In this document: piece by piece, positions 24,005 to 37,000 of the stretch
Position numbering within the stretch: the first letter of the stretch is position 1
How the letters are laid out: each line of letters begins with the position of its first letter
Translations under genes and position numbers: made by a program
The notes under the pieces: generated by a model
What the model was told of the DNA's origin: nothing
Seen by the model: the letters and a program-made list of their open reading frames with translations, nothing else
Databases searched by the model: none
Source of the DNA: Takakia lepidozioides
Lineage: Eukaryota; Plantae; Bryophyta
Direction of reading: 5' to 3'
Assembly: GCA_030704615.1 (NCBI GenBank)
Contig: CM060734.1
Location: 24,118,001-24,182,000, forward strand
DNA: 64,000 nucleotides

Positions 24005-27000
24005 TCAATGATTTCTGGAATCCCTAAGGAGGAGTTTGTGCAGCTCGTTCACGCTTAACGCCGGTGCATGAATAAAGTCATCAATAGTCACGTTCATCCT
24101 CAACCTCTTCAGGTAAATGTAATACAGATGCTTGCACGGATAATACTTCGAACCCTTCTTTGCTTCCATCAACGAGAAGTCCGTACAGTTGCAAGTCGGC
24201 TCCACTCCAATCGTAATTGTGTATACATCGTCGCGTACAGCCGAGCCGGCCGTTGCCATCCGATACACACGCCCAAGGCCGGGTGGGGGTACGTCCACGG
24301 AGCTCTGAATAGTGCAAGCCATCCCAAGAGCATTGGCAATCCGAGTCTCATTCAACTTGTTGGGAGGGTGTCGTCTCTTCACTCTTCCGAATCGCATTGT
24401 GGGATGTGCAGAATTGTCCAATCTGTCTCTACTGGACCAAGCAGTCTGCAATGGCTGGGTCTGAGGAACCGGAAATGCGTGGGCCGGGATGTCTGTGCGT
24501 TGCACCATTCAAATCCTGCTGCAGATAGAGCATCCGCCTCATTCTGAGAGAGGCTGCAACCCGGTGCAACAGGCCAGACGCCCGGAGGCTCCGGCATTCC
24601 CTGAATCCCGTACTTGGGCTTGCCAAATACACAGGTCATTATGTCGTGCCTACAGAACCAAAATGTCTGCGTTGTGGCGTGAGCAAATGTGGGAGTCAAA
24701 AATCTGCCGCTAAAACAAGGTGCAGGTACAGCACCGTGTGGGTTCCTCCGAATCATCTCACCACAGCGTGCTCTCGTATCCACCCGGATGGCGCAACACT
24801 TCCCTCGAAATGCCGGCAATGTCCTCGCAATTCTCCACTGTGACTCCGACACTCTTGTCTCCACAATGGGAATGTTGTATTGCTTTACTACAAATGGCTC
24901 GTTATGTTGCCGGGGCACGCGCCCTGTGCTCAAAGGAGATGGCGATCTTGAACGTGCAGGACTTCCGGTGCTCGACGAGACCTCCTCGGACAACATCACC
25001 GGACCACGAGGGAGCGTGCGAATATTCTTGTCAGCTCGCCATGAATCCTCTTCTCCGCCAGGTGCCTCGTCAAGTCTTCGTCTCACTGGACGGGTATGAA
25101 CATCTCCTTCCAAATGTTGGCCTCTTCGCAGCAATGGCGTGTCCCGAAGGCCCTCTCGCAAGGCCGCCGCCCACTTCCGAGGATTCTTCGATCTGGAGGC
25201 AGTCCGCATCAGCATTTCCTGCCTGTCCGGCCCCAAGCCCCACTGTTTCCCTTTCAAGAACTCGTTGTACCTGCATTGCTGCATAATTGACCTCACAATG
25301 TCCTCCGTTGTGGCAGTGAGGATGTCCACCAGATGCGCCGCAGAGGAGGCACGCCAGGAAGAGTGCACTGATTCGGCCATGTTTGTCGTGGGCATGTCGG
25401 TGTCGGAGTCGAGACACATTTCCTGCACAAGCACATGTTCAGGTTACAAGCAAGTTACAAATATGGCCAAGAATAATATCCAACGGGACGCGAATTCGTG
25501 CAACTCACCTCCCGCATATAGTCGCCGAACTGGAGGAAACGATAATGCCACCATGCTAGCCAACTGACCATTGCTCCTTCGTCTGATTTCCTTACAGCAC
25601 CTGACGATGTCCACCAAGCCCGTATGCATGCAAACTGTGTCTCTGCATCATCCAAGGTGGGAGCGCGCTTCCACGCAAGGCACATGGAACGGTGCTCCTC
25701 TCTGAAATTTGGCGCCACGAGCCTGGTTGTGTACTGCGAAAGGCTCTGCAGAAAATGGAACCCACAAGATCTCTCCTTGCCTTCCATGGGAACATTGGGG
25801 TCTTGCCCGTACACCCTTCGGATGGCAGCCCAATTTGCTTGTGCGTTGTCCGCCATGAAACCACGGAAATTGGGAGGGGGCAATCCCGCCTTGGCCATCT
25901 GTTCGTTTATTCCCTGCCAAAGAAGCATCTCCGATTGTGTGTCCTCTCCTTTCATCTCACAAATAGCAATTGTCATTAGCATCCTGCAGTGGGTGTCGTA
26001 GACATGTGCACCCATTGTCACCCACTGGTGATTTGTAATTCGCTTGATATGGTCGAACATGACCCAACTGTTTGACAAGTTCCCACTCGTCATCCTGTCG
26101 ACCAGTTCGACGCCACTGCCAGGTCCACACATGGACATTTTGAATACGAAACAACGATCTGCCTCAGTCCCTTGTCCTGGAAACCTACTTCCATGAATGT
26201 AGTCATATCCACATCGTCGCTTCACCTCCAGAATGGAGTGCATATCCGAGCCACGCCCAATTTTCTGTTTGCATGAGACAATGTGGTTTCGGACATTCGG
26301 TGAACATACGTGGGACACCGACTCCAGCAATGCCTCCATTTCCTTCTCGTCGAGAGGAACTCTATCGGAGCCGTCTTCCGACATAATTCTAGCCAATGCC
26401 ATCTTATGGGCGGCTTGGAGCTGTATCTGTTTGGGTTTGGCACCCCGTCTCAACTTAACCTCCTCCTGAACGAGCTGCTCTGCTTCGTGGGCAGCCTCCC
26501 GCGAGTTCCCCCTCGCCAATTTGTGACAATGGGAACCAACGTGTATGCAAGCTCGGGTGAGGTCAGGGAAACGGTGCAACACATAGAACTGCTTGGCATT
26601 ACAAACAGACATGCAGTGTGGTTGGTGAGCTGTGCCTGTCCAATCGGTCTCGTTCCTGTGACCTCTGGATTTAAAGTGGAAGCAAGTTGGAGAGAAACAC
26701 CGCAACGCGCCCGCACAAACAACGTAGCGCACCCGCACACCATCAAGCATCTTCATGCTGGTGGTTTTGGTAACGCACCAAGGATGACCGTCATGTTTTC
26801 TATCCATAGCTGTCAACATTCCGGACGCCCTCGAGTAGTCCGCCCGAGGAGGGAACTCAAAGAAGATATTACCGTCAACGTCGGCGGGAAGGCATGTAAC
26901 CGATTTAATTGCGAACTTGTTGTAGTCCAGCCCGGCCAGCTCCGACCGGTGTCCCTCCAGGTGAAGCCCTCGCAGAATTTCTAGAATAGATCGAACTGCG

Positions 27001-27533
27001 GTGCTCGTGCTGGGAATATGACTCCCTCCTCCACTGACGTCCATTGAGGACTTGCCTGATCTCCAGGACGACCTCGGAACTTCCATGACCTCGTCTGAGT
27101 CGGACAGGTTGTGAACAACCCGGTTCTCGGTCGTCTTCATGGATGGGTTCGGCTCTGGATTTACTTCGTTGCGGACTTCTCTCTTTGAGGTAGCCACTCT
27201 CTGATTCGCGGATTGTTTCGTGGAAGGCGCCAGGATAGACGGTGCATTTGGCGGGCAAATGAAGTCCCCAACAGCCGTGTATATGACGCTGTCCGATGGT
27301 GGAACTCGCCATTCCCTGCCATCGCCGAAATCATCGTGGAGCACAACAATACTCTCGACAACAAGGCCGTTTGAGTCCTTCCTTTCCTCCTCCAAAAAAA
27401 CCGATCCCGGTTTCAGGTGGTATCGAACGCACAGATATTTCTCCATCACCCGGCAGGTGTCCCCTCTGCACGGAAATGAAGCTCTATGCTCGTGAGGAGG
27501 GCAGTACACTGTAGCGCTCGGGTTTTCCGCCAT
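24005..27533 (-). pseudogene. MULE transposase of A2 (exons 27533-25509, 25422-24005); one frameshift near 24510 and a ~21-codon in-frame deletion near 26620
   Basis: Same DDE, CxxH and SWIM motifs and same intron position as B1. HQP|HCMSVC lacks the KCxHC segment seen in B1. Confidence 0.85.
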
Positions 27534-27834
27534 GGGAGATGTGCACACAAGACTGCCAGGATGGCATGCGGGGAAGCTCCCTGGTAGAAGGGGGTGCAGC
27601 GATGGGAATGAATGCGATGCCGATTTGTCCGAGCGACGAAGCCTGATCCAAATCCAGGGAGCCAACTATCTCAAAAATCCACAGTCAGAGTGTTAATGAA
27701 CCTTGTCTCCGGAATGCGGCCCCTCGTCTTTGCGCAATAACTGCCAACGGTATGCAGTCAGAAAGTGGGGGGCCGTCCGGATGATGACGGCTGAAGGGGA
27801 GAAGCCGGCACCGTGCCGTCACATTACTACCCCC

Positions 27835-29690
27835 GAATGGAAATTCGGCACCCAATATCCAACAGAGGAAGCCCGGATGAAGTCGCCTCGGGCGCAGAGG
27901 TCGGAGTGTGTGCGACAGAGAACATCCCCTGGATGGAGATTCGGCGCCGAATTTCCATCCGGGCCCCCCAAAGGGAGTCGTGTCGGGGGGTCAGGCCGAA
28001 AACTTGACGGCATAAAAACATCCCCAGATGGAAAAACGGCGCCGAATTCCATCCGGGGCAGTTCGGATGCAGTCGGGGAGGGGGGAGTGGCCTGCACTTG
28101 GCCGTCACATTTCAACCCCGGACGGAAATTCGGCACCGAATATCAAACAGGGGACGCCCGGATGAAGTCGCCTCGGCGCAGAGGCCGGCGAGTGTGCGAC
28201 AGAGAACATCCCCTGGACGGAGATTCGGCGCCGAATTTCCATCCGGGCCCCCCCAAAGGAAGTCTTGTCGGGGGGTCAGACCGGAAAACTGGCCGACATA
28301 AAAACCTCCACAGATGGGAAAACGGCGCCGAATTTCAATTCGGGGCCGTTTCCAATGCAGTCGGGGAGAAGGGAGAGGTCGGCACCTGGCCGTCATATTT
28401 CAACCTCCGGGACGGAAATTCGGCACCGAATATCCACAGAGCGGCGGAGAGGCGGCACCTCTCCGACAGAGACATCCCCCGGATGGAAATTTGGCGCCGA
28501 ATTTCCATCCAGCAGGTAAGTGGAATCCCGGATGGATGGAGATTCGGCGCCGAATTTCCATCCTGCAGGTAATTCGAATACCGGATGAATGGAAATTCGG
28601 CGCCGAATTTCCATCCAGCAGGTAAGTGGCATCCCGGATGGATGGAGATTCGGCGCCGAATTTCCATCCTGCAGGTAATTCGAATCCCGGATGAATGGAA
28701 ATTCGGCGCCGAATTTCCATCCAGCAGGTAAGTGGAATCTCGGATGGATGGAGATTCGGCGCCGAATTTCAATCCTGCAGGTAATTCGAATCCCGATGAA
28801 TGAAATTCGGCGCCGAATTTCCATCCAGCAGGTAAGTGGAATCCCGGATGGATGGAGATTCGGCGCCGAATTTCCATCCAGCAGGTAAGTCGAATCTCGG
28901 ATGGATGGAGATTCGGCGCCGAATTTCCATCCAGCAGGTAAGTCGAATCCTGCATAAATGGAAATTCGGCGCCGAATTTCCTCCAGCAGGTAAGTCGGAT
29001 CGGTGCCGTATGGATATTCGGCGCCGAATTTCCATTCGCCATGTATTTCTGCGCGAGGAATTACCTTCGTGCATGTAATTCCCATATAAGAATTACCTTC
29101 GTGCAGGTAATTCCCATATAAGAATTACCTTCGTGCAGGTAATTCCCAGATGAGAATTACCTTCGTGTAGGTAATTATGGACGAGGAATTACCATTTATG
29201 CGGGATTCGACTTACCTGCTGGATGGAAATTCGGCGCCGAATTTCCATTCATCCGGTATTCGAATTACCTGCAGGATGGAAATTCGGCTCCGAATCTCCA
29301 TCCATCCGAGATTCCACTTACCTGCTGGATGGAAATTCGGCACCGAATTTCCATTCATCCGGTATTCGAATTACCTGCAGGATGGAAATTCGGCGCCGAA
29401 TCTCCATCCATCCGGGATTCCACTTACCTGCTGGATGGAAATTCGGCGCCGAATTTCCATTCATCCGGGATTCGAATTACCTGCGCGGATGGAAATTCGG
29501 CGCCGGATTTCCATCCGCGGGCTTCCGAATTACCTGCGTGAGGGAAATTTCCACCGCCGCCCTTCCTCCGCGGATGGAAATTCGTCGCCGGATATCCATC
29601 CTGCTGCGCTCCGAATTACCTGCAGGATGGAAATCCGTCGCCGGAATTCCATCGTGCAGCGCTCCAAATTACCTCTACGTTGGAAATTCC
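27835..29690. repeat. Intergenic A-type palindrome array between the two divergent genes
   Basis: About 25-30 copies of GGAAATTCGGCGCCGAATTTCC variants in ~96-bp then 53-bp units. Unit orientation flips around 29050-29200. Confidence 0.9.
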
Positions 29691-31429
29691 GGGACTGTTT
29701 ACGTCGATTTTCATCCGACATGGAGGGCTTCATCCGACATTTAATTGTGCAGTTGGGCAATAAATGTCGACGGCCGTCGGTTATTATTCGGGCTGGCGAC
29801 GCATGGCTTCCTGGACACGTACCCTAAATCTCATGCTAAACTTGGCTTAACATGGTATTCCAGGCATGTACCCCAAAAAAGGAGATCTTTTTGGCTGGGA
29901 CTTATGCCGCCTGAAGGGCGTGGCTCTCCTGAGAGAGACCTCACATCCAGACCGCGGCGGAAGTTGAAAGCTCTGTACTACGGACGACGGCCAATCTCTC
30001 GCATGGCCAAACTGAAGCTCCAGCAGGAGATTCCAGTGTCTTGCTCACAACCTGCGCCAACTGAAGCGAGTACTCTCAGGCAAGCCACTTCTGCTTTCGG
30101 TTTGTTCGATTTATTTTTGCTTTCGCTTTGTTACCACCTCGCTTTGTTTTTGCATCTTCATCCTGGCTTTGCTGTATGAGTGAACTTTAGATAGTTGAGT
30201 GAACCTTAGATTGTTTGCAATGCGTGTGCAAATCCGGCAGCTCTGGAGAAGGCTGCTTGTGCATGTCATTCTTAGGCAATGGTTGCATTTGTTTTCATTG
30301 TTGTTGCATGGCTCTCCATACTTCCTAAACTTGTTATGTTTTCATTTTTGCTACATGATTGTTGCTATGGTGGTTGCGCTGCTCGTTGCGATGCTGCTTT
30401 TTGCACCGATGTTGGTTTTCACGATTTTTGTCAATGACAGAGTGACGACAAGCCCGGCACGCTGGTGGTATCATCGACAGCTCCAACTCATCGCATGTTT
30501 GAATCGCCCAACTTGGGGCGAGAGGGCAAACTTAAACTTTTGTTGGTGGACGGGAGGACTTGCAACGAGATTACGACAGAGTAGGCATTGGGGAGGTTGG
30601 TGCAGGCGGCATGGCAGGTGAAGGGCGTGAGGACATGAGGACAGCAGATCCGGCAATGGAGGTTGTTCATGCACATGCAGTAGGGCCCGCCCACGCAAAG
30701 AAAAAGAAGAAGCTAAGCACATGCAATCCCGGCGAGAGAGCAGTCACGGGCTGCGGAGGGGGGAGTGAACAGTGCGCGCGAGGGTGTCAGTTCGCCTCAA
30801 TCAAAGGTGGTCGTCCTGGAGGGCTCCCCTGCTGCTAGCCCTAGTAAGAAACAGAAAGCCCATGAGAGGGCAAAAGAGAGGGCAAAAGAACAGACGAGAC
30901 AGAATGCTAGCCAGGAGGAAAGACAAAAGGCAGCTGAAGAGGCCAGGGGTGCCAAAATGACAGATGCCAATGTAAGCGAGGGACCCACAGAGACGGTGGA
31001 TCCCTACAAGACACCACAGAGAGGCAGTAGCACATCGGTTAGACCATCGCGGGCAAGAGCAGCCCCCGCAATTACCCATACGGTGGAGAGTGGAGGAGAG
31101 GAAAGAACACCTGAAAGAGCACGGATTGTGCAAGTTCGAGTGAAGCCAGGGAGAGGGCAGTAGAGACGACGAGAGTGCTGGAGGTGGTTTCGCAGGTGGC
31201 TGACCCTGTTGAGGAGGACGACATGGAGGTTTCTGACCAGGATGACATCCTCCCGGACATCCCCAGGCCCCAAACCCGGAGCATACAGGCTGGATTTGGC
31301 GGTCCTGGTGGGCTGCCGGAAAACCCCTCTGCACAGACGTCATGTCTGAGGCGGATATGAAAGTTGGCCGCTGCCAAGATGTTGGAGGCAACCCACAGCA
31401 ACATTGGCAGGGTGCTGGGGGGCATGGTG

Positions 31430-31880
31430 TACCCGCCAAGCTTCGAATTCCCCTTTGCCGCTTGGTGTCATTGCAGGTGGTGAGACCTGCCCTCCCAGGT
31501 GATATCGACAAGCTGAAATTCTCTTTCCGGGATGGATATCGAATGGGGTCTGCCGCCTTTTACGTTTCCATTGAGAACGACCACGGAGCTTCCCGTGCCC
31601 ACACTTCCGATGAGGTGGACAAATGGGGTCCCCATTGGCAAACGCAAAATGAGGAGTTCGAGAGATCGATTGCTAGTGATCCTCTTTTCCAGCACATGTC
31701 CGGTAAGATGTTCTAACGTGTGGGACGGCAATCATCGCCTCCTGGCATGGATGGAGCACATTGCCCAAGCCCACCCCAACGATCTCGATTGGCATTTCGC
31801 CGTCGATTGTGTTGTGCTGAAGGTTGCGGGGCCCAAAGATCACAATCTTCTCAAAGCTGCAATGGCCGACATCAACTCGT
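31430..31880 (+). CDS. ParB/sulfiredoxin-like domain exon of the cargo gene
   Basis: IPLCRL....VRP....IDKLKFSFRDGY...FYV...MF(fs)VWDGNHRLLAW matches the ParB-N pattern with the DG-x-HR signature. Confidence 0.65.
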
Positions 31881-33223
31881 AAGCTACAACCCCTCTCGCT
31901 TTTGGACTTTGAATTTGGAAGTCATTTCATTGCGAATCCTCATATATGATGAAAATTCCCATTTCAGTATTGTTTGATGGAAATGTGGCACTGCAGGTGA
32001 CTGAGAATGCTTCATTGCCACCAACTTGTCCCATATGCTCTTCCGAGTGAAGGATGTCGGGAAGCAGGGGGTGCAAGAGTTTGCCAATTCCCTCAGTGCC
32101 GACCTCCTGCGCAAGTCGGAGGCAAAGGCAGACAGAACCTGGTATAGGCTGAGCGTTGACGCCATGGTGGACTACATATTTCGGGTAAAGCTCCTGACAG
32201 TTTTGTTGAGCTAATCTGTCTCTCCTCCCCCCAATAGAAGAAATTGTGTTGAGCAGGATCTCTAATCTTATGTGCGCATTCTTGACAGACGAAAATACAG
32301 CAGGATTTGGCACATGCGCGGAGGTTCTACATGGAGTCAGAGGAGAAGAATCCAACCCTCCCGGAACTCGAATCGTATGTCAAAGCTGCGGAGGTGAGGG
32401 CCCGCATAAAGTACAAGTCGCGGATGGTAAAGTACGTGGCCATAGCTGATCCCGCCCTTGGTGCCGACTTTCTGGTGGAGGTGGGGAAGCACTACTCTCG
32501 CGCTCTGAAGCCCACGATGACATTGGAGAAGCTCCATCGTCTAGCCACATCCTGTGTGGATGCAACAGAAAAGGTGATACATTCTTAACAAAATTGTGGT
32601 GGCAACAACTCCTTTTTGTGGTGTTTGGCGCTTACGAATATGCTGGGTGGTTGGACAGACCCGGTGGCTCCAAATCTGGAATGGTTCCCAAAGTACCAGG
32701 GACATGTGGAGCTTCCCCAAACCGGACAAACTCTCTGACCCCACATTCGACATGTGGATGAACCGCATGACATGGTGGTTTCAGGTACTTCCCCACGCTT
32801 CGTTTGGGGCTTCTACTCTAGTAGGGGGTGGATTCATTGTATTTTTTGAGGAAAGCGATCTGATGGACAATCTCCACAGGTGACGACGAATGCGCAAGAG
32901 CAGCTGGACACACAAGCACATCAGTTCAAGATAGAGATATCTCCTGCAGCAGAGAGCCTACGTGACTATGTGACGAGGTACTTTCTGCTCTACAAAACCA
33001 ACCTATTCTTTCGGGAGATAGCAGATGCTCGCCGGAGCCACGAGTTCACCGACCAGCCGAACGCGGACAAAGCAGCAATGCGCCTTCTGTACAGGTACAT
33101 ACGCGCTGCCTTTCTTTCAAGTCCTGGCATTTCAGGATGTTAGAGGCCTCAAGTGGTGTTAGGGAAAATGGCGCCGAATTTCCAGTCAGGGCTCCGAAAA
33201 TGGCTAAGTCCCTAGACTGGCTG

Positions 33224-33947
33224 TGTCGCGGCCCTTTGCCTTGAGGGCAGGGGGTCGGGACACATGAGGGGCTGCCCCTGTGGTGGGGGCAGCGGCAGCG
33301 ATAGGTATGGGGGGGCTGAAGCACCCTTGAGTGCCCAAGGCACTCAAGGAGGCGGAGGCGCTCACTAGGTGGAGCCCCGCACACCGGGTTGCGGTGGAGG
33401 TGGCTCCACAAGGGGTGGTGGTAGCTTAGTGGGACTTAGTGGGGGTGGCATAGGACTCACCATGGGGTGGAGACCTCGAGGTGGGAGTCGTGGGGAGTCT
33501 TGGGACTCATCACGATCCATTGGGGCCGCGGTGAGTGGGCCAAGACTCACCGCGACTCACCACCGGGAGTCGAGGGTTTTCGTGGTGGTTCGCCATAAAA
33601 TGGCATGGCTGGTTATGAAACCCCCGCGGACAGCTACAGAAGTATATATAGGGAGTAGTAACCCCGAGAACGGTGCAAGCCCGTTGGTGACCAAAAACTA
33701 GTGAGTAAGCGAGCGAGCCGGAAAGCGACCAAAGAGTGGGGAGCTGTTCCGGACTGCCATCTACCAAAGGGAATTCTCCTAGTCCCAAATAGGTGGAGGG
33801 TTTAGAGGGAAGCGGAAGGGGACCGTTATGTCCCGGTGAGCAGCCGAAACTCCAAGTTGGCCGGCGGCCAGGTTGGGAGTCAGGCGCGCGCATCAAAGCG
33901 AGTAACTATGACTTGAAGGGGAGTTTACCGAACTGAGGTGTGCGACA
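33224..33947 (+). repeat. 5' LTR
   Basis: Near-identical to 39435-40158; TG...CA ends. Confidence 0.95.
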
Positions 33948-33949
33948 CT

Positions 33950-33961
33950 TGGTATCAGAGC
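33950..33961 (+). promoter_or_regulatory. Primer-binding site (initiator tRNA-Met)
   Basis: TGGTATCAGAGC 2 nt downstream of the 5' LTR. Confidence 0.9.
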
Positions 33962-34076
33962 TTAGAGTTCAGTACGCGATCGTCCTTGGGATTGGCCTCA
34001 TCATGGGGTCGGGCAAGCCGAAGCGAAAGCGGAACGGCCCAAAAGATGATGATCCCGGTGAGCCCGATGGGGCGAC

Positions 34077-37000
34077 GTGTCACCGAGGCGGCCGTTTGAG
34101 GAAGCGATTAATGTTTCCGAAAACGAGGCCGCTCAGGAGCGGGAGGAATCCGAGGAGTCGGAACCCAAGGAATCTTTGAGAGCTCCGACAAACCAAGAGA
34201 TGCCTCCCATGCCGGCAGCCTTTTGGGAAGGGTTGTTGGCGCAGTTTGGCGGGACGTTGAAAGACGTGTTGAAGGCGGCTAATGCCACTTCCACCAAGGC
34301 AAAGTTTAAGGTGAAGCCTAAGGAACCCGGCACCTTCGAGGGCGTTCGAAACCGGAAGGCACTCAACACCTGGCTCCTGGAGCTAGAGCAGTACTTCCGG
34401 GCGGCCAAGTTGAGTGACGAGGATCGGGTGGAAGTGGCTCCCACCTATTTGAGGGGCTATGCTCAACAATGGTGGCAGAAACGCCTTCACGACCGAGGCC
34501 CAAGCCCGGAAACCTTGAACTGGAGTGAGTTCAAGGAATTGATGAAGAGACAGTTTGTGCCCCTCAACGCGTCCTGGCTTGCCCAGGACAAGATGAGGAA
34601 TTTGAAGCAAACAGATGACATTCGGGGGTATGTCCAGGCTTTCAATGTGCTGTTGCTCGAAGTCGCGGACATGGCAGAACCAGAAATGGTCTTCAACTTT
34701 GTGGCGGGACTGGCCCCATGGGCTAGGCGGAAGTTGGAGGAGAAGCCACCCAAGACTTTGAACGAGGCAATTGAGAGAGCTGAATGTTTCTCGGATGTCC
34801 CTAGGGGTGAGAGACAAGGCCGTACGGAGCTGAACCACAAGAAGACCCGGCGGGAAGGTGACTCCTCCCGACCGGAAAAGAAGTGGGATAGGCCACGCGG
34901 CGAAAATGGCACGTGGAAATCGAAGGGAGGTCCTTCACACGTCAAGGCGGCACCCGGTGCTTCGAAAGGAAAAGCGGGTGGAGCGACTTATGGCGGACAG
35001 AAGGCGACCTTTGATGGAGTGTGTTTCAATTGCGGGGAGCCCGGGCACATGGCCAAGAAGTGCACAAAGCCCCGACAATTGAACATGACTCGGGCGACCA
35101 CGGAGCTGTCGGAAGATACCATCAGTCGCTTGGTGGAAGCGGTGGTCGCCAGGACTTGCAAGGTAGGCAAATTTTCTTGTGAGTTGTATCAGGAAACTGG
35201 CGCCTTACGAAAAGGGAGTCAGTTATTGTTCGTGGATGGGATAATATCCGGAACTAATGTGTCGTTGTTGGTGGACACAGGAGCGTCGCACTCCTTCATG
35301 ACGCCGGCAGCGGCGCGAAAGTTGGGACTCCCGACAAGTGACGTGGGGGCCTCTATTGAGGTGCGCTCTGCCAAAGGAGAACCTCAGTTGGCGACAAGGT
35401 TGGCGTTTGATGTTCCTCTTCAACTGGGGAGTTGGGAGGGACGTGAGAACTTCACTATCTGCGAGATCGATGGAGTGGATCTCATTTTGGGAATGACCTT
35501 TTTGAGCAAATCCGGAGCGGTCATAGATGGCCGCAAGAGAGTAGTCACGCTGCCATGTGGGAATGGTGGCGAGGTTTTACGAGTGTCGGAAACGCCCAAA
35601 TCCGTGGGAGGGCGAATAAACCTTCTATCAGCAAAGGAGTGGGCCGTGGAGGAGACACACGAGTCCCAGTTTTTGCTTTACATTAGAGAAGTGAAAGGAG
35701 AAGGCGATGGGGAGCCGAGCCCAGATTGGATCAAGGGGATTTTGGAGAAATACCAGGATGTGATGCCGGAGGATTTACCAAGCGGCTTGCCACCGCGAAG
35801 AGGAGTTGACCACAAAATTGAGGTGATACCGGGATCGGAACCGCCTGCCAAGGCGCCCTACCGGTTGAGCCACAAAGAGTTGGTCGAGCTGAAGACTCAG
35901 CTCAAAGATCTAATGTCAAAGGGGTACATCCGGCCGAGTAAGTCACCTTACGGAGCCCCGGTGCTATTTGCAGACAAGAAGGATGGGACGCTGCGGATGT
36001 GTGTCGATTACAGGGCTCTGAATAAGGTGACTATCAAAAACCGGTACCCTTTGCCAAGGATCGACGACCTCTTCGATCGGTTGGCAGGAGCGAAGTATTT
36101 CAGCCGGATCGACTTGCGCTCCGGCTATCACCAAATTCGGGTGGCGGAAGGAGATGAGGAGAAGACCGCGTGCAGGACAAGGTATGGTTCATATGAGTTC
36201 TTGGTGATGCCTTTTGGGCTCACCAATGCACCAGCGACATTTAGCACGCTGATGAACAGCCTTTTTCAGGAGTGGTTGGATGACTTTGTGATCGTGTACA
36301 TCGACGACATCTTGGTGTACTCGAAAACAAAGGAGGAGCACCTGGAGCACCTCAAAAGGGTGTTCCAAAAATTGCGAGAAGGGAAGCTGTATGCCAAAGC
36401 TTCAAAGTGCGAATTCGGGGTCACAAAAGTGGAGTTCTTGGGGCACGTGATTACACAGGATGGGATCAAAATGGATGACAGAAAGGTGAGGGCGATCTTG
36501 GACTGGGAGCCTCCGACTTCGGTCCCGGGAGTGCGATCCTTCCTAGGACTCGCCTCCTATTACCGGAAGTATGTGAGAAATTTCGCCAAGATCGCGGGGC
36601 CGCTGTCGGACCTTCTGTGTAAATCCAAAGTCTGGGTATGGAACACATTTTGTGGCCAAGCTTTTGCTGAATTGAAGCAGCGGATGACGGAAGCTCCAGT
36701 CTTAAAATCCCGGAGTTCGATCGTCCGTTTGAGATTCATACAGATGCATCGGACTTCGCAATTGGGGGTGTACTTATGCAAGATGGACGTCCAGTAGCTT
36801 ACGAAAGTAAGAAACTGAATGAAGTGGAGCGACAGTGGCCGACGCACGAAAAAGAGATGAAGGCGGTGGTACATTGCCTTGAACTCTGGCGCCACTATGT
36901 TGGTTCCAACCCAGTGAAGGTGTTCACGGACAATGTCACGGTGAAGTATTTTGCCACGCAGCCCAAGTTGTCCCCAAAACAACTTAGGTGGCAAGATACT

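Noticed and set aside
36700-36800. Programmed ribosomal frameshift in pol
   Set aside because: It falls between RT and RNase H, where Ty3 elements do not frameshift; more likely an indel or assembly error.
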